Shown here piece after piece: positions 21,073 through 37,710 of a stretch of DNA of 64,000 nt. Position 1 is the stretch's first letter. Every line of letters begins with the position of its first letter. The stretch is from assembly GCF_009914755.1 (NCBI RefSeq), contig NC_060933.1; one strand, 5' to 3'. The notes beneath the pieces are model-generated. The model did not search any database. It was given only the letters and a program-made list of their open reading frames with translations, and was not told where the DNA came from. The position numbers and the translations under genes were made by a program. The DNA is from the human T2T-CHM13v2.0 reference genome, Homo sapiens.

Positions 21073-22856
21073 TTGTTTTTTTTTTTTTTTAGTATTTATT
21101 GATCATTCTTGGGTGTTTCTTGGAGAGGGGGATTTGGCAGGGTCATAGGACAATAGTGGAGGGAAGGTCAGAAGATAAACATGTGAACAAATGTCTCTGG
21201 TTTTCCTAGGCAGAGGGTCCTGCTGCCTTCCGCAGTGTTTGTGTACCTGGGTAGTTGAGATTAGGGAGTGGTGATGACTCTTAACCAGTATGCTGCCTTT
21301 AAGCATCTGTTTAACAAAGCACAACTTGCACCGCCCTTAATCCATTTAACCCTTAGTGGACGCAGCACATGTTTCAGAGAGCACGGGGTTGGGGGTAAGG
21401 TTATAGATTAACAGCATCCCAAGGCAGAAGAATTTTTCCTAGTACAGAACAAAATGGAGTCTCCTATGTCTACTTCTTTCTACACAGACACAATAACAAT
21501 CTGATCTCTCTTTCTTTTCCCCACATTTCCCCCTTTTCTATTCGACAAAACTGCCATTGTCATCATGGCCCGTTCTCAGTGAGCAGCTGGGTACACCTCC
21601 CAGACGGGGTGGTGGCTGGGCAGAGGGCCTCCTCACTTCCCAGTCGGTGCTGCCGGGCAGAGGGGCCCCCCACCTCCCAGACGGGGTGGCAGCCGGGCAG
21701 AGGGGTTCCCCACTTCCCAGACCGGGCGGCAGGGCAGAGGCGCCCCCCACCTCCCAGATGGGGCGGCAGCCGGGTGGGGACTGCCCCCCAGCTCCCGGAC
21801 GGGGCGGCTGGCCGGGCGGGGACTGCCCCCAATCTCCCGGACGGGGTGGCTGCCGGGCGGAGACGCTCCTCACTTCCCAGACGGGGTGGCTGCCGGGCGG
21901 AGGGGCTCCTCACTTCTCAGATGGGATGGCCAGTCAGAGACGCTCCTCACCTCCCAGACGGGGTGGCGGCCAGGCAGAGACACTCCTAAGTTCCCAGACG
22001 GGGTCACGGCCGGGCAGAGGCACTCTTCACATCTCAGATGGGGTGGCGGGGCAGAGGTGCTCCCCACATCCCAGATGATGGGCGGCCGGGCAGAGACGCT
22101 CCTCACTTCCTAGATGGGATGACGGCCAGGAAGAGGCGCTCCTCACTTCCCAGACTGGGCGGCCAGGCAGAGGGGCTCCTCACATCCCAGACGATGGGCA
22201 GCCAGGCAGAGACCCTCCTCACTTCCTAGACTGGGTGGCGGCCGGGAAGAGGCGCTCCTCACTTCCCGGATTGGGCGGCCAGGCAGAGGGGCTCCTCACA
22301 TCCCAGACGATGGGCGGCCAGGCAGAGACGCTCCTCACTTCCTATACGGGGTGGTGGCGGGCAGAGGCTGCAATCTCAGCACTTTCGGAGGCCAAGGCAG
22401 GTGGCTGGGAGGTGGAGGTTGTAGCGATCGGAGATCACGACACTGCACTCCAGCCTGGGCAACATTGAGCACTGAGTGAGCGAGACTCCATCTGCAATCC
22501 CGGCACCTCGGGAGGCCGAGGCTGGCAGACCACTCGCGGTCAGGAGCTGGAGACCAGCCCGGCCAACAAGGCGAAACCCCGTCTCCACCAAAAAATCAAA
22601 AGCCAGTCAGGTGTGGCGGCGCCCGCCTGCAATCCCAGGCACTCCGCAGGCTGAGGCAGGAGAATCAGGCAGGGAGGCTGCAGTGAGCCAAGATGGCGGC
22701 AGTACAGTCCAGTCTCGGCTAGGCATCAGAGGGAGACCGTGCAAAGGGGAGACGAGGACCGTGCAAAGTGAGGGAGAGGGAGAGGGAGACGGAGAGGGAG
22801 ATGAGGGAGACGAGGGAGAGGGAGACGGGAGAGGGAGAGGGGAGGGGAGGGGGAGC
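21073..22856 (-). mobile_element. Full-length SVA (older A/B-like): poly(A), SINE-R ~21091-21590, VNTR ~21590-22360, Alu-like ~22360-22740, (CCCTCT)n hexamer ~22770-22855
   Basis: All SVA domains in order; TSD tctttggc(a/t)gtttt at 21059-21072 and 22857-22870. Confidence 0.93.
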
Positions 22857-23432
22857 TCTTTGGCTGTTTTCAAGATTTTCTCTGTCTTTAGTTTTTAGAA
22901 GTTTAATTATGATGTGTCTTGGCATATGTTTCTTTGGGTTTGTCATTTTTGGGGTTCACTGAACTTCTTTAATCTGTATGATTATGTCTGTTTCCAAACA
23001 TGGGAAGTTTTCACCCATTATTTCTTTGAATACTTTTTCAGTCCCACTCTCTTTCTCCTCTCCTTCTAGGACTTTAATGACATAAATGTTAGGTCTTTTG
23101 TATATCCCCATAGGCCCTTGAGGCTCTGTTCTTTTTTTTCCAGTCTGTCTTCTTTTTGTTGTTCAGATTGGTTATTACCATTGCTCTTTCTTCCAGTTCC
23201 TTTATTCTTTCCTCCACCCCTTTAATTCTGCTGTTGAGTTCGTCCATTACATTATTTAGTTCATTTCTCATAGTTTTCAGTTGTAAAATTTTTATTTGTT
23301 CCATATATTTTATATTTATTTACTAAGACATTTAATTTTATTCCTGAGACTTGATCTTTTCATTCGTTTCAAGCAGGTTCATAATTGCTCACTGAGCATT
23401 TTCGTTTTTATTGCTTTAAAATTTTAGTCAGA

Positions 23433-23672
23433 CACATGGACACAGTGAGAGTAACAACACACACCGGGGCCTGTTGGAGGAGTAGGGGGAAGGAGAGCAT
23501 CAGGATAAATAGCAAATGCATGCGAGGCTTAATACGTAGGTGATGGGTTGATAGGTGCAGCAAACCACCATGGCACACATTTACCTATGTAACAAACCTG
23601 CACATCCTGCACATGTGTCCTGGAACTTAAAATTTAAAACACATGAAAGCACCCCCCAAAAAATAGATAAAA
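23433..23672 (+). mobile_element. 5'-truncated old L1PA 3' end
   Basis: gcagcaaaccaccatggcacac...gaacttaaa followed by an A-rich tail; approximate TSD taaaatt..gtcaga. Confidence 0.8.
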
Positions 23673-23821
23673 TAAAATTGTTGTCAGATGATCATAATAT
23701 CTCTAGCATCTTGGTGTTCGCATTTTTTGATTGTTATTTTTTAATTATTTTGGTATCTTCCTAGTTCTTAGCATGATGAGTGCTTTTTTTTTTTTTAGTT
23801 CTTTTCTTGCTTTGACCATTT

Positions 23822-23822
23822 C

Positions 23823-23855
<33 letters not shown>

Positions 23856-24166
23856 CTTTAAGTTCTGGGATAAATGTGGAGAACGTGCAGATTTTTTACA
23901 TATGTATATATGTGCCATGGTGGTTTGCTGCACCCATCAGCCTGTCATCTACATTAGGCATTTCTCCTAATGTTCTCCCTCCCCTAGCCCCCTAGCCCCC
24001 AACAGGCCCTGATGTGTGATGTTCCCCTCCCTGTGTCCATGTGTTCTTATTGTTCAACTCCCACTTATGAGTGAGACCATGCAGTGTTTGGTTTTCTGTT
24101 CCTGTGTTAGTTTGCTGAGAATGATGGTTTCCAGCTTCATCCATGTCCCTGCAAAGGACATGAACT
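23822..24166 (-). mobile_element. 5'-truncated L1PA7/8-like 3' end with (TTA)n tail
   Basis: ttatactttaagttctggg...gcaaaggacatgaac. Confidence 0.85.
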
Positions 24167-25429
24167 GTGAATGATTTTTAAGTGTAATCTGGACAGGTTC
24201 ATATTTTGCTAGGCAACTTTGGATCTTATCTAAATCAGTGTTAACTGGATCCCACACAACTCTGTCAGGGTAAGGAGGTACCATCTTCTCCTTCCAGGCG
24301 CAGGTAGAAGTCCAGGTTCTCTGCTGCTCCTTTGTTGACACCCAAGGATGCAGACTTCTCTTTACTGCTGGTCAAAAGTGGGAGTTCTGACTCCCCATAT
24401 GATCATAACTGACAATCTGTTGGGTGTATCCTCATTACTGTTGGACAACAATGAAAGTCCCGACTCTCCAGGGTTCCTCCTCTGATACCTCCTTTGCAGG
24501 GAGAGGGAGTGGCATTTTGTTACTCTGGGTGGAGATGGCGGTCTAAACCCACCATGTGCTTTCCACTGAACTTGTGAGGGTTGGAAAGGACTTATTACCA
24601 GCCAGCAAGGATAAGAGTCTTAGCTCCCTACTTGGCCTCTCTGATGCCACCTTACCAGGGATGTTGGGGCACCTCATCACAGCCTCATGAGGGTGGAAAT
24701 CTGGGATTCCCACTTGACATCTGCTGGCATGAGTGGGAGCTGGGCCACAGTTTGTCTAGGGTGTTTGGCTGAAGTAGAGAAGTTACTGTCTAAAGTTTGC
24801 TAGCTTCCCCTTTCTTGGTCCTTTAGCTAGAGAGAACCAACTTTTGTTAGGGCTTTTAAAATCTGGGTTGGTGTTTCTGGGTTGCCAGCTTCTTTAGCTC
24901 CAAGCCTGGGTTATATGGAGCAAAAAGAAATTCAGGGAATTCAGCACTGCATCATTTCTCAGGGCCTGACGTCTAGGCAGTCTGCTTTCTCTCCACCTCT
25001 CAGATTCTTCTGTTTATTCTGTATATAAGGTGCAGTGTTTTTAGTTGTCCTTGTTGAGAATAGGGAAAAAGTTGGATATTCCATCTTCCCAGAAACAAAT
25101 ACCTAATTAAGTAGATTTTTATTAAACTTCAAGGATGTTTTATTTTATTATAATTGAGTTTATTTTTTGATAAGAAAAATAATACATTGAAGAAATTTTC
25201 TAACATTTCTATCATCTTAAAAAAGTTGTCTTGAGGATCATCTAAGTTTTTCTTAATAACCCTGATTCTCCTCATGGAAGCTGATTATCATCTTTTGTGC
25301 CAATACATTAATTACATCAGTGATCACAGGACTATGAGAGGATACTCCTGCAGTAATAAATGCCTCAGTCTGCTGTGGCCTTTTAGTTCTTTTATAATTT
25401 TTCTTCTCCATTTCTTTAGCTATAATAAT

Positions 25430-25655
25430 AACTGGAAATATTTATTAAGCAATTACCATGGGCCACACACTGTACTAAACACGTCTTTTCTTATATCTCA
25501 TTTGATCTTAAGATGTTGGCACCATGATCATCCCCATTTTACAGTTAAGTAGAGGTTTAGAGAGGCTGCACATACTTACCCTGGTTGGTGATTAATTAGA
25601 AGCAAAGCCAGGAATCCAATCTTGCATGGCGTGACAGCAGTCAAAGTTCTTCACC
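25430..25655 (-). mobile_element. MIR
   Basis: atccccattttacag...gaggtttagagagg core. Confidence 0.6.
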
Positions 25656-27009
25656 ATGCAATTAGGCATGTTAGATTGTATGTAGAGTAAGAGTCAATAG
25701 GATTGAGAACCCTAAAAACTCAAGCTTTAGTGCATTTCCTTTGTGATTTGTCTTATGGCTTCAGTGATTTTTCTTTTAAATTTGAGACTGTGTTCTGTAT
25801 AACTGAATTTGCCAGAAATGTGACTTCTTCCTGTTATCATGATGCAAAGTCATATGTAGGATTTGTACCAGCTTGGCTGGCAGAGAAAAGTGATATATGA
25901 CATAAGGTCTGTTCCTAAAACTCACAAGAACCCTTGGTTCATCCCAGAGGGTCTATTCTGCTATCTGTGGACTCAAGGGATCACAGAGTTCCCTCAAGTT
26001 TTCTAAATGCCTCAGAATTGGTTATAAGAAACAATTTTAACCACAAACACATTTAATCTTCCTAAATTTTGCATTCACAAGACGAGAGGATCATGCCTTT
26101 GAAGATATAATCTATGTGAAACAAATATGGGAAAAGATTTGTTTTGGACAGGAAACAAACATATCTACGTCTAGTTTCCAGGTTCCCCAGTGGTCTTTCT
26201 GCTTTCCACCCCCTAATTCCCCAGTGCTATGTAGGGGTTCTCTGTCTATGCTGGCTGGCTTTCTTTAGAAAACAGAGGAGTTAGGATGAAGAATGACCCC
26301 TTGCCATCACCGTAAGTATGTCCCAGGCTCCTTTTACCTTTTCCCCAACCTTCATATGCCCCCTAGATAGAACTCGGTTTGGGAAGTTGATATTTGAGTC
26401 GCATTTGTTGAACACATGTTCAGTGCAAAATTTGCAATCATAAAAATTCCAACTTTCTGCTCAGTAGGAAGTGGAGAAATTTGGAAAAATTTAGTTCACT
26501 GGGCTAAGATTTCCCTGCCAAAGAGTTAGATTGTTGGCTGTGTGAACTAGGGGAATGACTGAGGAACAAAATCTTTAATATTTGTATTCAGGATGACTGA
26601 TTCCGAGAGACAATACAGGGTAGAAACAATATGTCCACGAAAGGAAGGTATTAATTTTGATATCCACTTGAGTATTATTTTACTGGATAATTGACATCAG
26701 GAAGGTTAGGGTTACAAGAGCAGCTTGCAGGCTTAGCTGAAAGCAAGGCCTGTGTCATGGTGGGGCAGGAAGCCAATAGGTAGAAGTCAGTGTGCACTTG
26801 GTCCATTTGGTGTTTCATCATCACTCGACTGCACTAATGCTTAAAGAATGTGCTTCGCATAGTTTGCTGTCCACATCATTTATTTTCTCAAAACACATCT
26901 ATTTCTTGGAGAACTCATGATTTCAAGTATCTGCTTTTGAAAGTCTTGAGCTATTTATGAAACACAAGTCATTCTGCAGAAGATTCAGACTAAGGGACAA
27001 TTATTGCTA

Positions 27010-29600
<2,591 letters not shown>

Positions 29601-29959
29601 ATTTGGTTTTGAATACAATTTGGGTTTGAATACAATTTTATTTAGTTGTGGACCATCTCAAAATATGCAAACATGCAATCCCCACTCAAAAAGTCATTCC
29701 TTCACCATCTAGTCAAAGAACTTAGTTAATAAATTAGACAGTTAAATACAATTTCAGTACATTCCAGCATATTTTAGAACAATATATTCAGACATTAGTA
29801 CTAACAAAATAGTGTCCTAATAGTTTTTTTTTGCATTGGCAGAGAGCTTCTCATTCTAAAGAGCTGTTTCTAAAGTCTCGTTTCATGAAGCTTTGCAACA
29901 TAGTCTCCTTATTTTTCCTAAGGACATCTTTTACCAGCCATAAAAAATTGGAGAAAGTT

Positions 29960-30161
29960 TTTCTTCTTCCTTCTTCTCCCTCCTCCTCCTCCTCCCTCTC
30001 CCCTCCCCCTCCTCCTTCCCCTCCCCATCCCCCCTCCTCCTCCCTGTCCCCCTTGTTCCCCTCCCCTTCCTTCTCCCCCTCCTACTCTTTCTCCTCCCCC
30101 TCCTCCTTCCCCTTCCCCTCCTCTCCCTTCCCCTTCCCCTCCTCCCCTCCCCCTCCTTCTC
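29960..30161. repeat. C/T-rich low-complexity tract
   Basis: ~200 nt almost purely pyrimidine. Confidence 0.9.
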
Positions 30162-30567
30162 TGAAGGCAGATGCTCTTTCTCAGAACATGGCCCAGAAAA
30201 TGCTCCTTTACTTTTGTGATAGTTTTAAATATATGTTCTCTCTTCTCTGATTTTCTCCCAATGATTAAATGTCACCATATGTGCCAATTCTCTGATGGAA
30301 GATTCTTTCCTCTTTCCTTTCTGCCTCTATGTCAGCACCATCCTCTGGCCTGAGGAGCAAGAACAAAAGTCCATGGGTGTCTCCCAGGAGGCAGCCGATC
30401 TGAGCATCTGGAATCAATTACTCAGGGCTGGTGTGGATGCTCATCCTGGGAGTCAATAGACAGTGCTGGGCAGGTGGAGGAAGGGAGTACAGGGTCCCTC
30501 TTAACAGATGAAAGTAAAATAAAAATGTCTAAGTCACTTTTCTTCAACAATTAAAAGTTACTATTAG

Positions 30568-30700
30568 TTGGGTGAGGTGGTGCATGCCTGTAGTCCCAGC
30601 TACTGGGGAGACCAAGTTCCTGGGGAGATCGCTTGAGGCCAGGAGTTCAAGACCAGCCTAGGCAACATGGTAAGACCCCCATCTCTACCTCTAAAATAAT
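30568..30700 (+). mobile_element. Free Alu monomer (FLAM-like)
   Basis: Single ~130-nt Alu arm. Confidence 0.75.
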
Positions 30701-30716
30701 GATTATTAACTATTAA

Positions 30717-31109
<393 letters not shown>

Positions 31110-31404
31110 TAAATTTGTATTGAATAAGTTGTGTCATATTGTATAGATTATATTAGTACAGGTGTGTGTCTGTGTATCTACATATCTCTCACCACAGAAT
31201 CTCCCACTGTGGGCCTTTGTGGCAAATTCATGTTATGCTAGGGTTCCAGGTACTAATCTTGAACCTTAACCATCAGCTGCAGCTGGTAGTCCATTCAAGG
31301 CAAAGTGTTTACTAGTCTCAGTTATGGCCTGTTGATTATTCCATTGTCTTTGACAATGAAAGCCATCCGTTGATCCTGTCTTAGTTGAGATTTCCCCCAG
31401 AGTA

Positions 31405-31760
31405 GGTCCTGTGTTAGGAGTTTGGGTGCAATGAATTTGAGAAGTGATGTCATAAAGAACCACAAGAGAGTACACAAGCAAGACCACCAGGAGAGAGAAG
31501 CCAATAAAGGGTACATTCGCGAGCAAGTTTCACTGATAACAGCTGGGGCTGAGTCCTGCTCTGGGGGCCCTAGAGAGACCTGTAGGATGAAACTCAGGTT
31601 TATCTACTGAGGGCCAACAGCAGAAGCGTGTATCCACGGACTCCTGTCCCCCACTGGTCGTGTCACTCCTGAGGCATCAACTCCTGGTTTTTGGCTGGTG
31701 GCCAGGGAATGCTAGAAGGGTGCAGGGGGCTCCTGCCCTGAACTGCCTGCAGCAACCCCC
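31405..31760. mobile_element. Old ERVL-type LTR (LTR16/LTR33-like)
   Basis: gaagccaataaagggt...gagcaagtt..actg....cagctggggctgagtcc motif resembles remembered consensus. Confidence 0.45.
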
Positions 31761-32551
31761 TGGGTGGACTAGTGGGTATGGAACGTGCAGCGAGGCACCT
31801 CCAGCAGGTTGAAGAATAATTATAGAAGAACACAGTCCCCAAACTGTCTGTTCTGAGTCTGTAGTTCTGTACAAGCTGTGTGGTATGTGCCTGGTGTTCT
31901 GGCAATTCATCATCTGTAGTAGGAAGTGAGCAATCTACACAGAGAAGACTTAACTCAGGAATGGAAACGATAACATCTACAGGAATGTGCATCTAAAGTG
32001 TGGCTTTCGTAATGAGACAGACATTTCATCCAGTTTTTGTACCTGGTCTGAGACTCTTCCTGTCTGCTGGAAATACATCCCCTCATTGCCCAGAGACAGA
32101 GAAACCCCAGTCTAAGTTCAACTCTCCTAAAACAATTTAAAAAAAAAAAAGTGCAATAATTAGGTATTCTTTCCTAGATTAAGGCAGAGTTTTGAAAAGA
32201 GCGGCGAGAGAACAGTTTTTTAAAAAAGAAAACGTGAGCTGTGGATTTTATGATACTTTTAGTCTCAATCATGTCAATATGAAGAATTACCTTCCATGAG
32301 ATAAAATGCTTATAACCATAGGGATAAGCAAGCCTCACTGTATAGATGTGCGGATATTTGTACACGTGTATCTGTGTACACAGCGTCAAGATAAAACCAT
32401 TTTGAGATTTTACATGTGTACCCACGTATGTGTAGAGACTATGTTTTTAAAAATATTAGGATTGATTTTACCCAATTGACATAAACATTTGTGTGGGGTT
32501 TTCCTCTTTATTCAGCAATGATTGAGTTGGTTGGAGATGCTGAGACATTAA

Positions 32552-32586
32552 ACACACACACACACACACGCACACGCACACACACG
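32552..32586. repeat. (CA)n microsatellite
   Basis: Direct inspection. Confidence 0.9.
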
Positions 32587-35078
32587 TATTAGTTAAATTT
32601 GCTACCCAAACTGATTCCTTTTGAGTTTAAATATTTTGTATTTCCAGCAGAGCCGCCACTTGTCAGAGCCCATCATGGGTATGGGGCCAGTTTGCTTTTT
32701 GGTCATTGGGTCTGAGTCACAGGGGAGGGAATGCATATGTTTCTGGTGCAGTAAGCCAGGGTGGTCTTTCCTGCTGACACTCTCCAGGTTTACAGAAAGG
32801 CATCACCTAAAGCACCTGAGGATGGCATGCAGGGCACTTTGAGAGCCAGGTGTCAGCATCTCTTCTCAACTCCAAGTTCAGTGACAAAAGCAAGCTGGTC
32901 CCTTTTGCTAAGACTGCTCAGATTCCTAGAATATAACCATTGATGCTATAACCCCTGACATGGCACCTGTACTTCAGGCATGACTGGCTGGTGCCCTGAC
33001 TGGACAGTAGGTTGGCAGGCAGTGCCAGGATTCCTAACAGATATGCCCTCCTAGGTGAGGTCTGCCTCAGGGCAGACACAGTCTTAGCAGCAGCTACGTT
33101 AGCGTCCTGGCAGCTGGACACAGTGTGGAATCTCCATTTGCAGACCTTGTCTCTTCCTGGTCCTTTTAAGATGCTTTTAAGACCCAACATAAAAGCACAC
33201 GGAGCAAACTGGAAACAGATGGAGAGTCCCCAGGGCCCTTTAAGCAGTCTATCTCTGTGGGACAGGCCTAGTCTCCTGAGTTGCAAAAACATCTCTAGGG
33301 CTACGAAAGGGCTGAAACCTGGGAGCCCTGCCTTCCAGCTCTCTGTTAGTATGGTTCAGTGTGATTACTCTTAATTAAAGAGGGTAAGTTGCCTTATTTT
33401 ATCCACAGGCTTATGAGACAGAAAAATATTCTGGCCTTTGCATTCTTGAGGAAAACAGGAAGAGAGAAAAATCAACAGAGATCAAATTCCAATAGTCTTG
33501 AGGCATAAGAATTCAAAGGGAAAATAATCTTTTCAGTACTCTCTATGCATCTTAGATTTTAAAGAGACCTACATTTTATAACCAGGGTCTTGTTTTGCAG
33601 GAATCTACGGGACTCCCTTAAAACAGACTGGATATAGCTCCTTGTAATAGCTGGATCCATGTTTTAGTCAGCCATGACAATGAAACAAAAAAAAATAACG
33701 ATAATGCGTAATTTAAAACAAATCAGCCAGAAAGCCACTTCTAACCACTGCCTTTCACTCTCCACCCCTGATCAAATTTCAATAAGAGCTTCAAATATGG
33801 AGAAACTCATGAGTATGATAATCATTTGAAATTAGACAAAAAAGCAAGAAACTGGCTAGTTTACCATCTGAAATTGCTCTGCACACATTATGCAGTGTAC
33901 CTGGTTGTTCCTTAGCATCAAGTTCCACCTTTTTGCTATGGCTTAATTGTCTCTCAAGAGGCAGGACTCAGGGCATCACAACCTGAGAGAAAAATGTGAG
34001 AAGGCAGGAAAGATGGGGAGTAAAGCAGAGAAGCTTTCAAGCCAACTGTTTTGTTACCATTTCCAGAAAGACAGGACAGAAGACAATCTGATGGCATAGG
34101 CTTGCTCTATGAGCCAAAAGGTCAAGTTAAATATTTGGCCCAATGACTGTTTAGTGAGTTTGTGTTTTTTCCTCTGGGTGGGGGTCTTTGGAATGATGGT
34201 ACAAATAGATCATGGTCCTAAAGGGGTCACACTCAGGTTAGAAGGCCAAAGAGAGGGGAGTGCTCCTGTATAGCTTAACACTCCAGTGTCTCTGCAGAAC
34301 TAGGGTGTGGGAACCATCACTCCAGGCCTGTGCTAGATGACAGTCAGTGCCACGCCATTCCTTGAACAGTTAAGACAGAGAGAGAGAATACCATCTACTG
34401 GAAATGGTCTCTAAATCACACAAGGAGAGCTGAAGGCCTTTAAGCAAAAATGACACTCTCATCTCTTAGTATTTAGAGGGGACATATTCTGAAAAACAAA
34501 AATCCATAAGCAAGGGCTGGCTGCCAGTTGGAGTAACAGGAACAGGTTTTGCTTTTGCTGTGGCTTAAAGTCCCCACAAAAGTACCTATTTTCCAGAAAG
34601 CCACTTGCCACCATCACCTCCACTTAATAAAACTCCCAGGAGCAGCTGATTTTTAGCTGACCTCAAAAGCCTGGATGTGTTTCTAAAACTCAGAGAGGAC
34701 ACCTGTGACATGTCATTTTTCCCATGTGGAGTCTACCTATTCACTGCCAGTGTTGAAATGGGCAAAACTCTTAAGCCAGCCATTGGCCTGAGTCCAGTGT
34801 GCTACCCAGTAAACCAGGGCAGATGTGTGGATTCTTTTTACTGATTGGGAGACTGCCTCAGGTTGAAGATTGCTGGCTCCTTTCTTTATTGGATAGGTAT
34901 TTACTTTTTTTTTTAACCAGTTAATTATAACCTAAATTAAGGCAAGTTTTTTCAAAGAGCAAATTTGATAAATGCTACCAATATGTGTATTTCCACTACA
35001 GGAGACTCTTATTTCTGATTATACACAGAAGGGAAAAGGTTTTTTGGTGTTTTTTTTTTTTTGAAACCATTAAACTTG

Positions 35079-35084
35079 TTTATT
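35079..35084 (-). terminator. Distal polyadenylation signal AATAAA
   Basis: Plus-strand tttatt, ~16 nt before a genomic A-run (plus T-run 35050-35062). Confidence 0.7.
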
Positions 35085-37679
35085 TTGGAAAATGCAATAT
35101 GCACAAGGTGTGTTAAGGAAGGAAAGATGTATTTCAGTACTCCTACTAATACAAAACATTCTGAGAGGGGCTCGGGCAACTTTAATGGAAGCAAAACTCA
35201 ACAATGAAGAATACTATAGTACAAAATTATGGCCAAAAATACTGTATTTTTAACCAGCAAGATCATTGGGGCATTATTATACAACATTAGGTGTTTTTTG
35301 CAAAACTAGTTCCCATCCCCAAACAATAGACAGTACATGCATTTGAATGACATTTTAGGAACAGTAAATATTCTTTTAAATACTGCAAGTTAAAAATGTT
35401 TTCTGACAAAACTCCCTAAATACATAGGTCTAGTAAGGGTTTCCAACAGGATGATGGGTGAGGAATCCAGCAAGGAGTTGCATTTAGAGAGTTCTTTGAG
35501 GAAAAGAAATCCACCAAAAACGTGTTTCAGTCAAAGTAACCTGGACAAAGTTACGTAGTATTATTCCAGCTTTCTTTCCTGAACTTAAAAATGTTCTACC
35601 AACGAATACCTTTCTGTTTTTTCTGTCTACCAAAAGCTTATATAAAAGTCAGAATTTCTTTATCCAAGATCTGATTTTACCCAATAGATGTTTTCATAAC
35701 ATGTAAATGTCATTTGCTATATTGGGTTGGAATCATACGGGGAAATGGAGGACACAGGGTAGATAAGGAAGGCAAGGAGGAAATTAATATTTGAGCACCT
35801 ACTATGTGCTAGGTGTGTATTCATACTTTGAACATATGATTCTAGAGGCAAGAGTGTTATTGAAAGGGCAGTGATCATTGGGAAGACAGCAGGAAATGGC
35901 TATTCTGTGAGAAAAACAAATGACAAGTTTAGGGTCTGTACTAAGTTATCTACTAAACAGCAGGTGTCTGGCTCCAAAAATCTCTAGCTAATCATATACA
36001 ACTAAGCCATTTCTTTTCCTAATTTGATGGAACCAAAATGAAATCCCAAAGACACAGTTACCAGGACAGATCTATTAACGCTACATATGCTGGAAATATG
36101 TAGAGATAGATAAACATACAATATTACTAGTTTTATTTTTTTGTGTTTCTAACCAAAGATATATCTTTGGAAGAAAATATTAATGTATACCAAGCACACC
36201 TTATTTGTATCAATTGAGATGTTGATTACCAATTAAGTGGTTTTAAACCCTTATTTAATTTGAAGAAGAGCAGCAATATACATTACAATATTTGGGTACA
36301 CTTTATTTTTATATGGGTTAACATTCTGCTATATTTCATTTCATTCGTTTTGAGAAACTGAAAACAAAGGGAAATCAAGGGTAATCGGTAGGTGATTTGA
36401 GGGAAATTTCCAACCAATATGTGAGTCTTGCAGTATTTCATTATACAGCCCTTTCTTCCCATTATTTATTTTTTTGCAAATAAGTCATTTTGACCCAAAT
36501 CCAGCATAAATAGCTTTTCACCAATTCCTAACTTAAGACAACTAAAATTTACAATCATGTGGCAGTATAAATTTTAAAATTACAGTTCGTACACTTTGAC
36601 AATCAAGATAGTCTGAAGTACAAAAAAGTAAATTGCCCTTTAGCTGAATTACCTTTTTAAAATAGGCCTGCTAGTTAATCTACCAAAAAAAAAAAAATAC
36701 AAGTTTTACGTGTTCTTCAGATTCCTTTTGTAGTTGTCATCTGCTAGTAAACAACATATGCAGGTTCTTAAAATTTTTTTTTCCAGTCTATTCATGACAT
36801 TCAACAGAGCTCTTTATATGGAAATGTTAAAAACAAAAACTTCTAGGAGATTTATTTACTTTTGAATGGGTGTGTTATTTCCCTTTGTTTCAGATATGAG
36901 GCACAAACTTCTGAATTTAAGCTCTGTAAGGCATAGTAGAAACTTCCAATTTACAAATAAGGAATTCTCTGGGGGTTAGAACTGCCATGTCACGCAAAAA
37001 GGGAAAAATCATCTGTAAACTGGTACACTGCAATGTGTTAAGTGAGTCATGAAATGGCTGCTTGCCTTGGTATGCTGAAGAAAGGTTTCTGTGTTTTATG
37101 TTTTTGTTTTTGAATAAGACATGCCCAAGTCACCATAAAACTCACCACAGGCCTCCATTACCTAAGCATCAACAATAGGAGGCCAGTGGCACACGCTTAT
37201 AACGCTTGCAATCACAATATAATATAAAGCATGAGTAAACTTTGTTTTTATACAAAACTGAAAAGAATCCCGTCCCGCCCCTAGCCCCTTCAATAAAACC
37301 CCGAAGAAACAAAAAAGAAAATCCTTTAGCTTCGATTGACTGGTGTGGCTAAAATTAGGTTTCTATGCATCACTGCTGCTAGGGTGATCAATTTTTTCCT
37401 TTCTCAAGAGAAGGGATCTTGTCATGCACCCTACAGGAACAGCGAAGCCACAAACCTCAATTCTGCATAGCAAATTCCATCCCAATTTCATAAAGACAAA
37501 TATAACAATCTTTCCCTGTTTTGCTCAGCTTCTTCAAGCTTTGAGATCAGGTTTAATTGACTACATTTACTATAGCTCTATTAAATAGAATATCTTGATT
37601 CCCTAAAACTGTAACACTTATGATCTTGTGATGAGGTTTTCTCTATACACACTGTAGGCCTTCAAATGTTGTTGTTTAA

Positions 37680-37710
<31 letters not shown>

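Noticed and set aside
21538-22962. Cluster of overlapping Pro/Gly/Arg-rich ORFs and ~40-50-bp repeats resembling a CRISPR-like array
   Set aside because: SVA VNTR and hexamer; units are contiguous with no unique spacers.
29831-30250. 139-aa Ser/Pro-rich ORF
   Set aside because: Translation of the C/T low-complexity tract.
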